Source: Saprospirales bacterium (GTDB taxonomy: Bacteria; Bacteroidota; Bacteroidia; Chitinophagales; Saprospiraceae). From it: a DNA stretch of 64,000 bases. The translations under genes were made by a program, and so were the position numbers. The stretch spans positions 329 through 64,328 of the forward strand of contig REEO01000025.1 in the NCBI GenBank assembly GCA_007695035.1. The letters are read 5' to 3'. Positions within the stretch are counted from its first letter, which is position 1, and every line of letters starts with the position of its first letter. Positions 19,550 through 28,374 of this stretch are shown here, one piece after another. Under the pieces are notes generated by a model. The model was not told the DNA's origin. It was given only the letters and a program-made list of their open reading frames with translations, and searched no databases.

Positions 19550-20227
19550 ATGGCTGGCAGCATCAACAAACCGTATTTTATCGGAATCACAGGGGGCAGT
19601 GGTTCAGGAAAAACTACCTTTATCAGGGAACTGAGAAGGAAATTTCCCTCCGAATCGCTGTGCATCCTCTCTCAGGATGATTACTACCGGCCCAGAGACG
19701 AACAACAGGCCGATCCCCGCGGCATCAGAAATTTTGACCTTCCTGAATCCATTGACATCCGGAGACTGGAAAGAGATGTCAATCGCTTAGCGGAGGGTGA
19801 GACCATCACCAAAAAGGAATACACCTTCAACAACCCGGAAAAAGAACCGGGCATCCTGGTCTTTCACCCCGCTCCGATTATTGTACTCGAGGGACTGTTC
19901 GTATTCTATATCGAATCCATTTTCAAAAGGCTGGACTTGAAAATATTTATCCACGCCAAAGAAAATCTCAAGGTAATCAGGCGCATTAAAAGGGATCAGG
20001 TGGAGCGAAATTACCCACTGGAGGATGTGCTGTACAGATACCAGCACCACGTACTTCCGGCCTATGAAAAACACATCTTCCCCTTCATGGAAAAATCCGA
20101 TATCATCATCAACAACAACGACAGTTTTGATGCCGGACTCCGGGTGTTAGAGGGTTACATTTTTCACAAGCTGAACTTGATAAAATCCGCAAAAAAACCA
20201 GTGGAGTCGCGCGAAGTTGTGAAGTGA
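19550..20227 (+). CDS. udk: uridine kinase
   Basis: It has the P-loop GITGGSGSGKTT and the SQDDYY motif. I placed the start at ATG 19550. It is divergent from the nucleoside transporter gene. Confidence 0.88.
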   Translation: MAGSINKPYFIGITGGSGSGKTTFIRELRRKFPSESLCILSQDDYYRPRDEQQADPRGIRNFDLPESIDIRRLERDVNRLAEGETITKKEYTFNNPEKEPGILVFHPAPIIVLEGLFVFYIESIFKRLDLKIFIHAKENLKVIRRIKRDQVERNYPLEDVLYRYQHHVLPAYEKHIFPFMEKSDIIINNNDSFDAGLRVLEGYIFHKLNLIKSAKKPVESREVVK

Positions 20228-20258
20228 AATTCAAGGACTGTCACGGGTCGGTCTTTAA

Positions 20259-20546
20259 TTAGACAATCTCCTCTTCCTTCCCTCCGTCGGTTCCTCCCTC
20301 GCTTTCCTTCATCTGCAGCAGTGTCCTGCCCCAGAAATAGTGCATACCTTCAAAAATCCCTGCGATTTTTTCGTAGAGTTCGCTACCGGATTTGTTCAGT
20401 TCATCGTCCAGTACAGAGACAAATTCCTCGGGGACCGGATAGGATTGCTCGATGCCACGGTCTTTTATCTTCAGGGTGTATTTTTCGCCGTACTGAAACA
20501 GCTCGACTACATAGTGGGCATGCTTATAACTCTTTATCACTCTCAT
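20259..20546 (-). CDS. hypothetical small protein
   Basis: 95 aa. It overlaps the upstream DUF2520 gene by 23 nt. No recognisable motif. Confidence 0.5.
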   Translation of the reverse strand: MRVIKSYKHAHYVVELFQYGEKYTLKIKDRGIEQSYPVPEEFVSVLDDELNKSGSELYEKIAGIFEGMHYFWGRTLLQMKESEGGTDGGKEEEIV

Positions 20547-21318
20547 CGGTGGATAGTTTTTGAATGGATCGACTCAATTGTCGGTAAAGTGTTTTTAAAT
20601 CTTCGTCTTCCAAATTGCTGAGATGCTTTTGCAAGGTGGCTTTGTCACCCCTGATTGCCGGGCCTGTTTGGGCTTTGGCGGGATCCATCCTCAGCACCTT
20701 TTCAACGGTGGTTTGGATCAGCGGGTGTAAATAATCGAAAGGGATACCGCGCTTTTTCAGCATATCGGAGACCAGTGCCATCAGGTGATTGGTGAAATTA
20801 TTGGCAAAAACAGCGGCGAGGTGGAGGTGTTCCCGTATAAGATCGTCGTTTTTTACGGGACGTGCCCCGGCCTCTTCGGCCACTTTATGCAAAAAACGGC
20901 TCACCCTTTCCTGTCCGCTCTCAATGAAAACCGGAACTCCGGCCCAGTTGAAATCCTGGTCCCTCGAAAAGGAATTCAGGGGGTAAAAAATACCGTAGTT
21001 TGGTACCACGCCCTTCAGATGATTGGCCGGAAGGACGCCTGAGCTGTGTGAAACACAGGCGTTTTGGACCATTTTTTCGGGCAATTTGGTAGCGGCTGCT
21101 GCAATTTGGTCGTCCTTGACAGTCAGAAAGACCGTCTCGATGTCATTCGGCAGTTCGGCAATTGAGTTGACAAGGTGTAGATTTTTTTCAGCGCCGGATG
21201 CATTGGTTTTACGGTGGTAATTTCTACAAACCACAAAGGTTTGAATGCCCTGTCTCGACAGTTCTAAACTGAGGTGGTAACCTACATTTCCCCAGCCGAT
21301 GACAGCCACCTTGTACAT
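20524..21318 (-). CDS. Rossmann-like plus DUF2520 domain protein
   Basis: It has the N-terminal dinucleotide fold VAVIGWGNVGYHL and the C-terminal segment TGPAIRGD..T..KHL typical of DUF2520. Confidence 0.7.
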   Translation of the reverse strand: MYKVAVIGWGNVGYHLSLELSRQGIQTFVVCRNYHRKTNASGAEKNLHLVNSIAELPNDIETVFLTVKDDQIAAAATKLPEKMVQNACVSHSSGVLPANHLKGVVPNYGIFYPLNSFSRDQDFNWAGVPVFIESGQERVSRFLHKVAEEAGARPVKNDDLIREHLHLAAVFANNFTNHLMALVSDMLKKRGIPFDYLHPLIQTTVEKVLRMDPAKAQTGPAIRGDKATLQKHLSNLEDEDLKTLYRQLSRSIQKLSTDESDKEL

Positions 21319-21324
21319 GGTAAG

Positions 21325-24144
21325 TTACATTTTGTTTCTAAGCCGGACGATCATTGCGAACAGCAGACCGATCATCATCATGAACGATCCCACCCAGAAG
21401 AAGTTCAGGCCTTCAAACCTGATGGCCTCCAGCACTATAAAGTCACTCCTGGGCACATTTTCGGCGATTTGAACCGGTAGATTTTGAATCTTCATGGGTT
21501 GTTCTGCCACCATAAAGGTCATTTTACCGGTATTCGGGTCAACCCTGGTAAAGCGGAAGTGCAGTCCCGCCTCGGGGACCATGGTTTTGAAATTGGACTG
21601 AATATTGTCCCTGATCATATACACGGGTTCTGTTCGATATTCGGCACCGGTTTCGGTATTGACCACTTCCAGGATGGCTGATAGGGCGATATCCCCATCT
21701 CGCTCGTCGTATGACGGATGCCATGGTTCCTGATTGACGTTTAAAAAGGTGATTTCGTATTCATCGTATTGGAAGCGGTCTCCCTGCGCAAGTTGGAATT
21801 CGGTATAATTCAGTTCTTTTTCCGTGTGAAAAAGGTCCTCAATCAGAGTATCAGCAAGGTGAATTCTCATGTTGAGGGGGTCGATTTGCTCCGGATACCT
21901 GAATACAAAGGAGCCCCTGAGTGCAATACCCGGCAGGGCGGTAAATGCACTGTCTTTATCAAGCGAGTGAACTCTCATTTTCAGTGTGAGTGCGATGTCG
22001 TCCTCGGCCGAACTCTCCTTATCGGGATGGAGTATGGAGTGATGGATTTCCTCCAGCACGATGTAGTGACGGCTGGTAAAGGTAGTATCCCCCAAATTCA
22101 TATAATAGGTCTCAAACTGGAGAGAGTCCTCTACGGCTTGAGCTGACTCCAGGTCTATCTGCTGGGCTGGAAGCCGGGCGATGCGCGTAAAAATATCGAT
22201 AAGTGGTTGTCGCCGGATATCCGGGTTGGCCGCTTCAATTTGGGTGAAGTTTTTGTCGTAAATCACGTTTGGACTCAGCACGAAACTGTCCACTCCGCGC
22301 CCCTCCTCGTCAATTTCCACAAAGCGAATATCAAAACTCCTTTCATTGCCGTCGAACCGATCAGATTCGTATGTGGCAATGTAACCGCGCATAAATATCG
22401 GCTCATTTTTTATGAGTACAATATTCCGCAGAAGATCTTCGTCTTCCATACCTTCCAGCATACCACTTTGGGCAAAAACATTGGAAGAGACGTAGGTCTT
22501 GTTAATCCCGGATGCCATAATTCCAATGATCATGGTGGCAAATCCAATATGTGCAATGGCAGAACCGGATGCCTTGAGATTGCCCCTTATCCTGAATAAG
22601 AGGTGGTCCATATTTACAATGAAGGCAAAAAGTGCGGCAAAGATTAATAGGATATATTGCCATGCAACAACCTGAATCCATTGGATGGTGGTCCAGGTCA
22701 GTAAAGCGGTGAGCAGCAAGGCGACCCCTGTCTGGGTGAAAAATTTCTTCCGGTAATTTACCCAGTTGGCTCCTCGATATCTGAGATAAATACTGATTCC
22801 CGACAGCAGCGCCATAAGTGTGGCTATCCACAACTGGTGAGCATTGTAGTGCTCTATGGGGTCCTCAACAACCCTGGATTGATAAAAGGGATCGAAAAAC
22901 TGCATGATGGCGTTCATCACCGGCAGGGAAGTGGAGTAGGTGATTAGTATCGAGCCAATTACAATAACCATACTGCCAATAAACATCCAAAATTCCCTGG
23001 AATTCCAATCCTCCTCTTTTTTCGGGTTGGGTATTTCTTTGTAGCGTATGAAAAAGAGGGTGAGACCCAGGATTAGGAAAAAGAGGATGAAGAATACGAG
23101 TTGATTCTCGAGACCCATCTCAGTAAATGCGTGTACGGAGGTGTCTTCAAGTATCCCACTTCTCACCAGATAAGTGGAATATACAATGAGGCAAAAGGCC
23201 AGTATGTAAAATACCATGGTGGCCCGGATTGAATGACCGGTGCTTTTGGCGATCAAATTGGTGTGTATCCCCGCAATGATGATAAGCCAGGGGACCAGCG
23301 ACATGTTTTCCACTGGATCCCACGCCCAGTATCCACCGAAGGTAAGCGCCTCATAGGCCCAAACAGAACCCAGTAGAATACCTGTTCCGAGTGCGAAGCC
23401 GGCGAAAAGTCCCCATTTCAGTCCGGGATCCAGCCAGCCCTTGTAATCCCTGCGCCAGAGACCAGCCAAAGCAAAGCAAAAGGGAATGGATAAGGCTGCA
23501 AAGCCCAAAAAAGTCACGGGCGGATGTATGGTCATCCAGTAATTCTGTAAAAGGATATTAAGACCGCTTCCGGTGATCAACTCCAGGTATTCTGCATTGG
23601 CGAAAATGGGTGCGTCCTGCACATCCCTCAACAATACAGTGGGATTGATGCCCAGCTTTGATCCCCCATCCCCAAACGGCAGGTAGGTACCCAGTATTTT
23701 TGAGGTGAGAAACACCTGTATCAGAGATAAAAAGGTCATAACCGCAGGCCTCCACTGTCCTCCCTTCCAAATTATAACCCATCCCAGTATGATGTGCCAA
23801 AACATCCACAGGAGAAAACTCCCCTCCTGACCTTCCCAAAAGGCCGAAAAGGTGTATTTAAAAGGCAGGTCATCGGATACGTGATTGAAGGCGTAGGCGT
23901 ATTCGTACATGCGATTGAGCATGATGTAAAAAATAACAGCCATCAAACCGAAAATGGACACACCGTGAATCACATAGGACCAATTGGCTGTTCCAAGCCA
24001 GTTTGAAGCCGGATTTTCACGCTCTTTTTCTGCCAGAAAGTAAGCAATGGTTGCTCCTATTGCACTTACAAAGGAGATTATTATCAACAAGTGCCCCAAC
24101 TGGCCTGGCCAGAGGGTTTCACCAATGTATTGTATTTCGCTCAT
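21325..24144 (-). CDS. ccmF: cytochrome c maturation heme lyase CcmF (long form)
   Basis: 939 aa, polytopic. It has the W-rich heme-handling motif GGYWAWDPVENMSLVPW. Beyond the core is a large extra soluble domain, then a final TM helix. Confidence 0.8.
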   Translation of the reverse strand: MSEIQYIGETLWPGQLGHLLIIISFVSAIGATIAYFLAEKERENPASNWLGTANWSYVIHGVSIFGLMAVIFYIMLNRMYEYAYAFNHVSDDLPFKYTFSAFWEGQEGSFLLWMFWHIILGWVIIWKGGQWRPAVMTFLSLIQVFLTSKILGTYLPFGDGGSKLGINPTVLLRDVQDAPIFANAEYLELITGSGLNILLQNYWMTIHPPVTFLGFAALSIPFCFALAGLWRRDYKGWLDPGLKWGLFAGFALGTGILLGSVWAYEALTFGGYWAWDPVENMSLVPWLIIIAGIHTNLIAKSTGHSIRATMVFYILAFCLIVYSTYLVRSGILEDTSVHAFTEMGLENQLVFFILFFLILGLTLFFIRYKEIPNPKKEEDWNSREFWMFIGSMVIVIGSILITYSTSLPVMNAIMQFFDPFYQSRVVEDPIEHYNAHQLWIATLMALLSGISIYLRYRGANWVNYRKKFFTQTGVALLLTALLTWTTIQWIQVVAWQYILLIFAALFAFIVNMDHLLFRIRGNLKASGSAIAHIGFATMIIGIMASGINKTYVSSNVFAQSGMLEGMEDEDLLRNIVLIKNEPIFMRGYIATYESDRFDGNERSFDIRFVEIDEEGRGVDSFVLSPNVIYDKNFTQIEAANPDIRRQPLIDIFTRIARLPAQQIDLESAQAVEDSLQFETYYMNLGDTTFTSRHYIVLEEIHHSILHPDKESSAEDDIALTLKMRVHSLDKDSAFTALPGIALRGSFVFRYPEQIDPLNMRIHLADTLIEDLFHTEKELNYTEFQLAQGDRFQYDEYEITFLNVNQEPWHPSYDERDGDIALSAILEVVNTETGAEYRTEPVYMIRDNIQSNFKTMVPEAGLHFRFTRVDPNTGKMTFMVAEQPMKIQNLPVQIAENVPRSDFIVLEAIRFEGLNFFWVGSFMMMIGLLFAMIVRLRNKM

Positions 24145-24153
24145 TAGATGGGA

Positions 24154-24552
24154 TTAGATTTCTGATCTGACGAAAATTTCATCGTCCTGATACTTGCTGG
24201 GACATTTCATCAGCATTTCTCGCGCTACAAAAATGCCATCCCTGAATCGACCTGTTAGCACGAGCTGTTCAGACATTTCAAAGTCCTGGGGTTTTTCACT
24301 CAGCAATACAACCATGCGCTCATCACCCTCCTCATCTGTCATGTAAAAAGTAAAGCGGTTGGGGTCAATTTCCGGATTGTAAACCATCTCCTTGTCCTTT
24401 GAGAGTTGGCCGATTATTTTTATGTTTCTTTCATCTTCCAGCAGCTCGGCCTCTGCAAAGGTGTAATAAGTGCCAAAATCAGTGCTGGTAATGACAAAGA
24501 GGAGAACCGCTCCTGCCATCAAAAGTCCTGCTACTATGTGGATCTTTTTCAT
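24154..24552 (-). CDS. ccmE: cytochrome c maturation heme chaperone CcmE, Cys (CxxxY) variant
   Basis: 132 aa with an N-terminal anchor and an OB-fold-sized body. The C-terminal CPSKY sits where canonical CcmE has HxxxY. Confidence 0.75.
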   Translation of the reverse strand: MKKIHIVAGLLMAGAVLLFVITSTDFGTYYTFAEAELLEDERNIKIIGQLSKDKEMVYNPEIDPNRFTFYMTDEEGDERMVVLLSEKPQDFEMSEQLVLTGRFRDGIFVAREMLMKCPSKYQDDEIFVRSEI

Positions 24553-24989
24553 CTCTTTATATTTTCTATCAAAAATTTGACGGGAGGCCCCTTCACTTCA
24601 ACCAATTTCCTCGCTCCCCTTTTATCTCGCGGTTTAAGACCGTTTGTTGTAAATTCACTGTCTGTCAAAAACCCGTACTAAAACTTTTTAGCGTACTGTG
24701 AAATGGACCAACATAATCAATAGTTATATTGTGGGTTTAATTAATATATCGTATCTTTATACAAAATTACGACTTGTACCTCATTTTTTAGAGGAAAACG
24801 GCTTTTTTCGGTGCTTATTGGCAGCCGGGCCAACAATGGGTTTCCAAAGCAAATTCGCAATCTTTATGACCCGCTGTAATTAAATACTGTTGGGGTGATT
24901 TTTTGAGTAGGTTTTTTTGGTTTCCGCCCCGTTTTGTGTCCGTGGATATTGATTGCACAGAAAGTGTTAAAATGAAACTGTCTTGACAA

Positions 24990-25670
24990 ATGCTTGATAA
25001 CACACCTTACGTCATTGATCTTTTGGGATTGGATTTGTACTACGGAGACATCCCCGTATTGACGGACATCAACTTTAAGCTGTCCCGTTCTGAATTCGCC
25101 TACCTGGTGGGATTTACCGGCAGTGGAAAAACCACCTTTTTGCGATGTCTTTATGGCGCACAACCTGTTCACCGTGGCAAGGCTTTTGTCACCGGAGTGG
25201 ATCTGAGCAAGTTGAAGCCTTCGCAGTTGCACAAATACAGGAGAAAGATCGGCATGGTGTTCCAGGATTTTAAATTGCTTCCCGATCTTACTGGCGCCCA
25301 GAATCTTAACTTCGTGCTCAGGGCAACCAGATATCCTCGCCCTAAAAGAAAGGCCCGTATCAAAGAAGTTATGGAATGGGTAGGCCTTGAACACAAAATC
25401 GGTGCCTATCCGCCAATGATGTCCGGAGGAGAACAGCAGCGCCTCGCTATTGCCCGCGCTATTCTAAATGACCCGCAGCTGATCATTGCTGATGAGCCCA
25501 CAGGCAACCTTGACCCCTTTATGACGGATGAAATTATGTACTTGTTCAGCAGATTAAACAAAGAAATGGGGACAGCCATATTGCTGGCAACCCATGATTA
25601 TCGTGTATTGGATAAATTCCCAGCCCGGGTGGTCAAACTGGAAGGCGGAGTGCTGAAGAATGAAAATTGA
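24990..25670 (+). CDS. ftsE: cell-division ABC ATPase FtsE
   Basis: Walker A GFTGSGKTT, signature MSGGEQQRLAIARA, Walker B LIIADEPTGNLDP, and an FtsE-like VFQDFKLLPD segment. Confidence 0.8.
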   Translation: MLDNTPYVIDLLGLDLYYGDIPVLTDINFKLSRSEFAYLVGFTGSGKTTFLRCLYGAQPVHRGKAFVTGVDLSKLKPSQLHKYRRKIGMVFQDFKLLPDLTGAQNLNFVLRATRYPRPKRKARIKEVMEWVGLEHKIGAYPPMMSGGEQQRLAIARAILNDPQLIIADEPTGNLDPFMTDEIMYLFSRLNKEMGTAILLATHDYRVLDKFPARVVKLEGGVLKNEN

Positions 25671-25988
25671 CCAACCGGATTGGCCGGTGAGAGCAAAAAT
25701 ATTATATACACTCACTTTCTTGCATTTTGCTGCGCAATTATTCTCTGGGTATTATTTGCAGGTGAAGTTGTTCTGTTTGCCTATAATTTGAGCTACAGGT
25801 TGGGGAGGAATAAAGATTTCACACTTTTGGCATATTAAAGTTTAATTATGGATAATAATCAGTATTTCAATTAGATGTATTTGAGGGCTAAATTCCTGTG
25901 TTATCAGTGCGTCATAAAAAAGTTAATTTATCAAAAAAAAGATTTGTAACTCAAATGTTTTCATAACTTTAGGCCAAAATAACATGCT

Positions 25989-26459
25989 ATGAATTGGCGA
26001 AGACTCAATGGAATGCAATTGGACCTGCCCATCAGGGAAGAGGTAGAGAAAACCATTAAAGAGGAGATTGAAAAGGGGTTTAGACTGAAGGTCTGTATCG
26101 GTACAGACAGTCGTGTCAAGGTGGATTCCATCGAGTTTGCCACCGTGATTGTCTTTTTGAGAGAGCACCGGGGCGGCTTTATGTTTATTAGTAATTTCAA
26201 CCAAAAGGGACAGATGTCTGTCAAGGAGCGGATGATCAATGAAGTGGCCAGGTCCGTCGAAGTTGCTTACAACCTTTGTGAGCTTTTTGATCGATACAAT
26301 GTAGAACTGGAAATACATGCCGACATCAACACAGACCCCGGCTTTCAATCCAATTCTGCCTTAAGGGACGCCATGGGTTATGTAATGAGTATGGGTTTTG
26401 TGTTCAAAGCCAAACCCGATGCCTTTGCCAGCAGCTGCTGTGCCGATAAAATGGTGTAA
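25989..26459 (+). CDS. RNase H-like YkuK-family (DUF458) protein, tentative
   Basis: 156 aa. The VCIGTDS ... HADIN ... CADK pattern resembles the YkuK family. Confidence 0.5.
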   Translation: MNWRRLNGMQLDLPIREEVEKTIKEEIEKGFRLKVCIGTDSRVKVDSIEFATVIVFLREHRGGFMFISNFNQKGQMSVKERMINEVARSVEVAYNLCELFDRYNVELEIHADINTDPGFQSNSALRDAMGYVMSMGFVFKAKPDAFASSCCADKMV

Positions 26460-26983
26460 TGCTAGCGGGTCCTCAATTGTAGCCGAAGTTTCGGACCTAG
26501 TAAATCAGGATAAAGGAATTGCAGGTTTTTATCTATCAACCACCAATCCCGCAATACTTTAGATGCGCAATGCCATAAGTATTTATATGCCCCTGAAATA
26601 CATTCTTCATCTTCAATACCAAATTTCTAATTAACTATTAAATTGGAGATATTAACTGTGCGGATTAGAGAGCAAAAAGCTTATAGTAAGCAAAGTCCAT
26701 TTGGAATAGGTAATATATGAGGGATTTTAATCCAGCTTTACGAATGTCGTATCAAGAAAAATTAGTTTCTCGCAACGAAGTTATTAATTGAAGTGCACAA
26801 TGAAGATCCGAAGGCCGGGTAGTAATCATTAATTTATATCTGTATCATTAAACAGTTTGCGGTGATTTTGTAGAGCAAAAACAATAATTGGTCTAAATCT
26901 ATGCGAATAATTCGTGATTATTTCGTTATTTTGCAATGAAATAAACTGATATTCAGAATATTAACATTAAAAAAAGATTTAAT

Positions 26984-28306
26984 ATGAAAAACGTTTTGTT
27001 TGCATTGGTCTTCCTTCTTGTGGGATCCTCCATGGCCCTGGCACAAAGACCGGCCATTGAATTTGAGGAGTACACCCTCGATAACGGACTTCATGTGATA
27101 CTGCACCAGGACAACACCACTCCGGTGGTTGCGGTGAATGTGATGTATCATGTGGGTTCCAAAAATGAAACCCCCGATCGTACTGGTTTTGCTCACTTTT
27201 TTGAGCACTTGATGTTTCAGGGTACAGAGCACATCGGAAGGGGTGAATTTTCAGAGATAGTTGAGAAGGCAGGTGGTTCACTCAATGCCTGGACGAGTTT
27301 TGACATCACCAATTATTTTGTGTTGATGCCATCCAATCAGTTGGAGCTCGGTCTGTGGTTGGAGTCCGAGCGAATGCTTCACCCTGTGGTGGATTCTATT
27401 GGTGTAGCCATTGAAAAAGATGTGGTTACAGAGGAGATGAAGCAAACTCGTGACAACAGACCCTATGGTAGAATTTTAACTGAAACCATAAAGAGGGCAT
27501 TCAGTGAGCATCCCTATCAGTGGGATGTACTGGGTAAGGATGAACACATAAGAAATGCAGAGGTACATGAGTTCGCTGAATTTCACAGGATGTTTTACGT
27601 GCCTAACAATGCAGTACTCGTAGTTGCTGGTGACATTGACATCGATGAGACAAAGAGAATGATTGATGATTATTTTGGTGACATACCAAGGGGTGAGCAG
27701 GAGATTAGGAGACCTGAGGTGGTAGAGCCCCCGCTTACTTATGAAAAGAGAGATACAGTCTATGACAATATCCAGCTACCGGCTATAATCCACGCCTACC
27801 AAATCCCCGCGATGGGAGAGCCTGACTACTATGCTGTGGATATGTTGGGAAATCTTCTATCCAGCGGACAGAGTAGCCGTTTGTACAGGTCGCTTGTAAT
27901 TGAGCAGGAGTTGGCACTGACAGTCCAGGCTATTCCACTCGGTCTGGAAGACCCGGGATTGTTCATTATTTTTGCCCTGCCCAATATGGGTGTTGACATT
28001 GCAGACCTGGAGGCGGCCATTGATGCCGAGGTCGATAAAGTTCGTCAGGAGATGATAACTGCTGAAGAACTTCAAAAACTTTACAATCAGTTTGAAACCC
28101 AGAAGGTAGGAGACAATACTACCATGGGAAGACTGGCTTCTAATTTGGCCAGCCTTCATCTAATGCACGGTGATGCCAATTTGATCAATACCGAGATTGA
28201 TCGTTACATGGCGATCACCAAAGAGGATTTGAATCGCGCAGCCATTGAGTTCTTCAACCCGGATCGCAGAGTTGTAATTTATTACCTACCTAAACCAACA
28301 AATTAA
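26984..28306 (+). CDS. M16 (pitrilysin/insulinase) family zinc peptidase, catalytically competent subunit
   Basis: It has a signal peptide and the HxxEH zinc motif (HFFEHLMFQGT). Confidence 0.88.
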   Translation: MKNVLFALVFLLVGSSMALAQRPAIEFEEYTLDNGLHVILHQDNTTPVVAVNVMYHVGSKNETPDRTGFAHFFEHLMFQGTEHIGRGEFSEIVEKAGGSLNAWTSFDITNYFVLMPSNQLELGLWLESERMLHPVVDSIGVAIEKDVVTEEMKQTRDNRPYGRILTETIKRAFSEHPYQWDVLGKDEHIRNAEVHEFAEFHRMFYVPNNAVLVVAGDIDIDETKRMIDDYFGDIPRGEQEIRRPEVVEPPLTYEKRDTVYDNIQLPAIIHAYQIPAMGEPDYYAVDMLGNLLSSGQSSRLYRSLVIEQELALTVQAIPLGLEDPGLFIIFALPNMGVDIADLEAAIDAEVDKVRQEMITAEELQKLYNQFETQKVGDNTTMGRLASNLASLHLMHGDANLINTEIDRYMAITKEDLNRAAIEFFNPDRRVVIYYLPKPTN

Positions 28307-28374
28307 TACGATTTTTCCATATAAAAATATATGTAAGGATTGTTCATAAAATGTTTAACTGAAATAATATCAAA

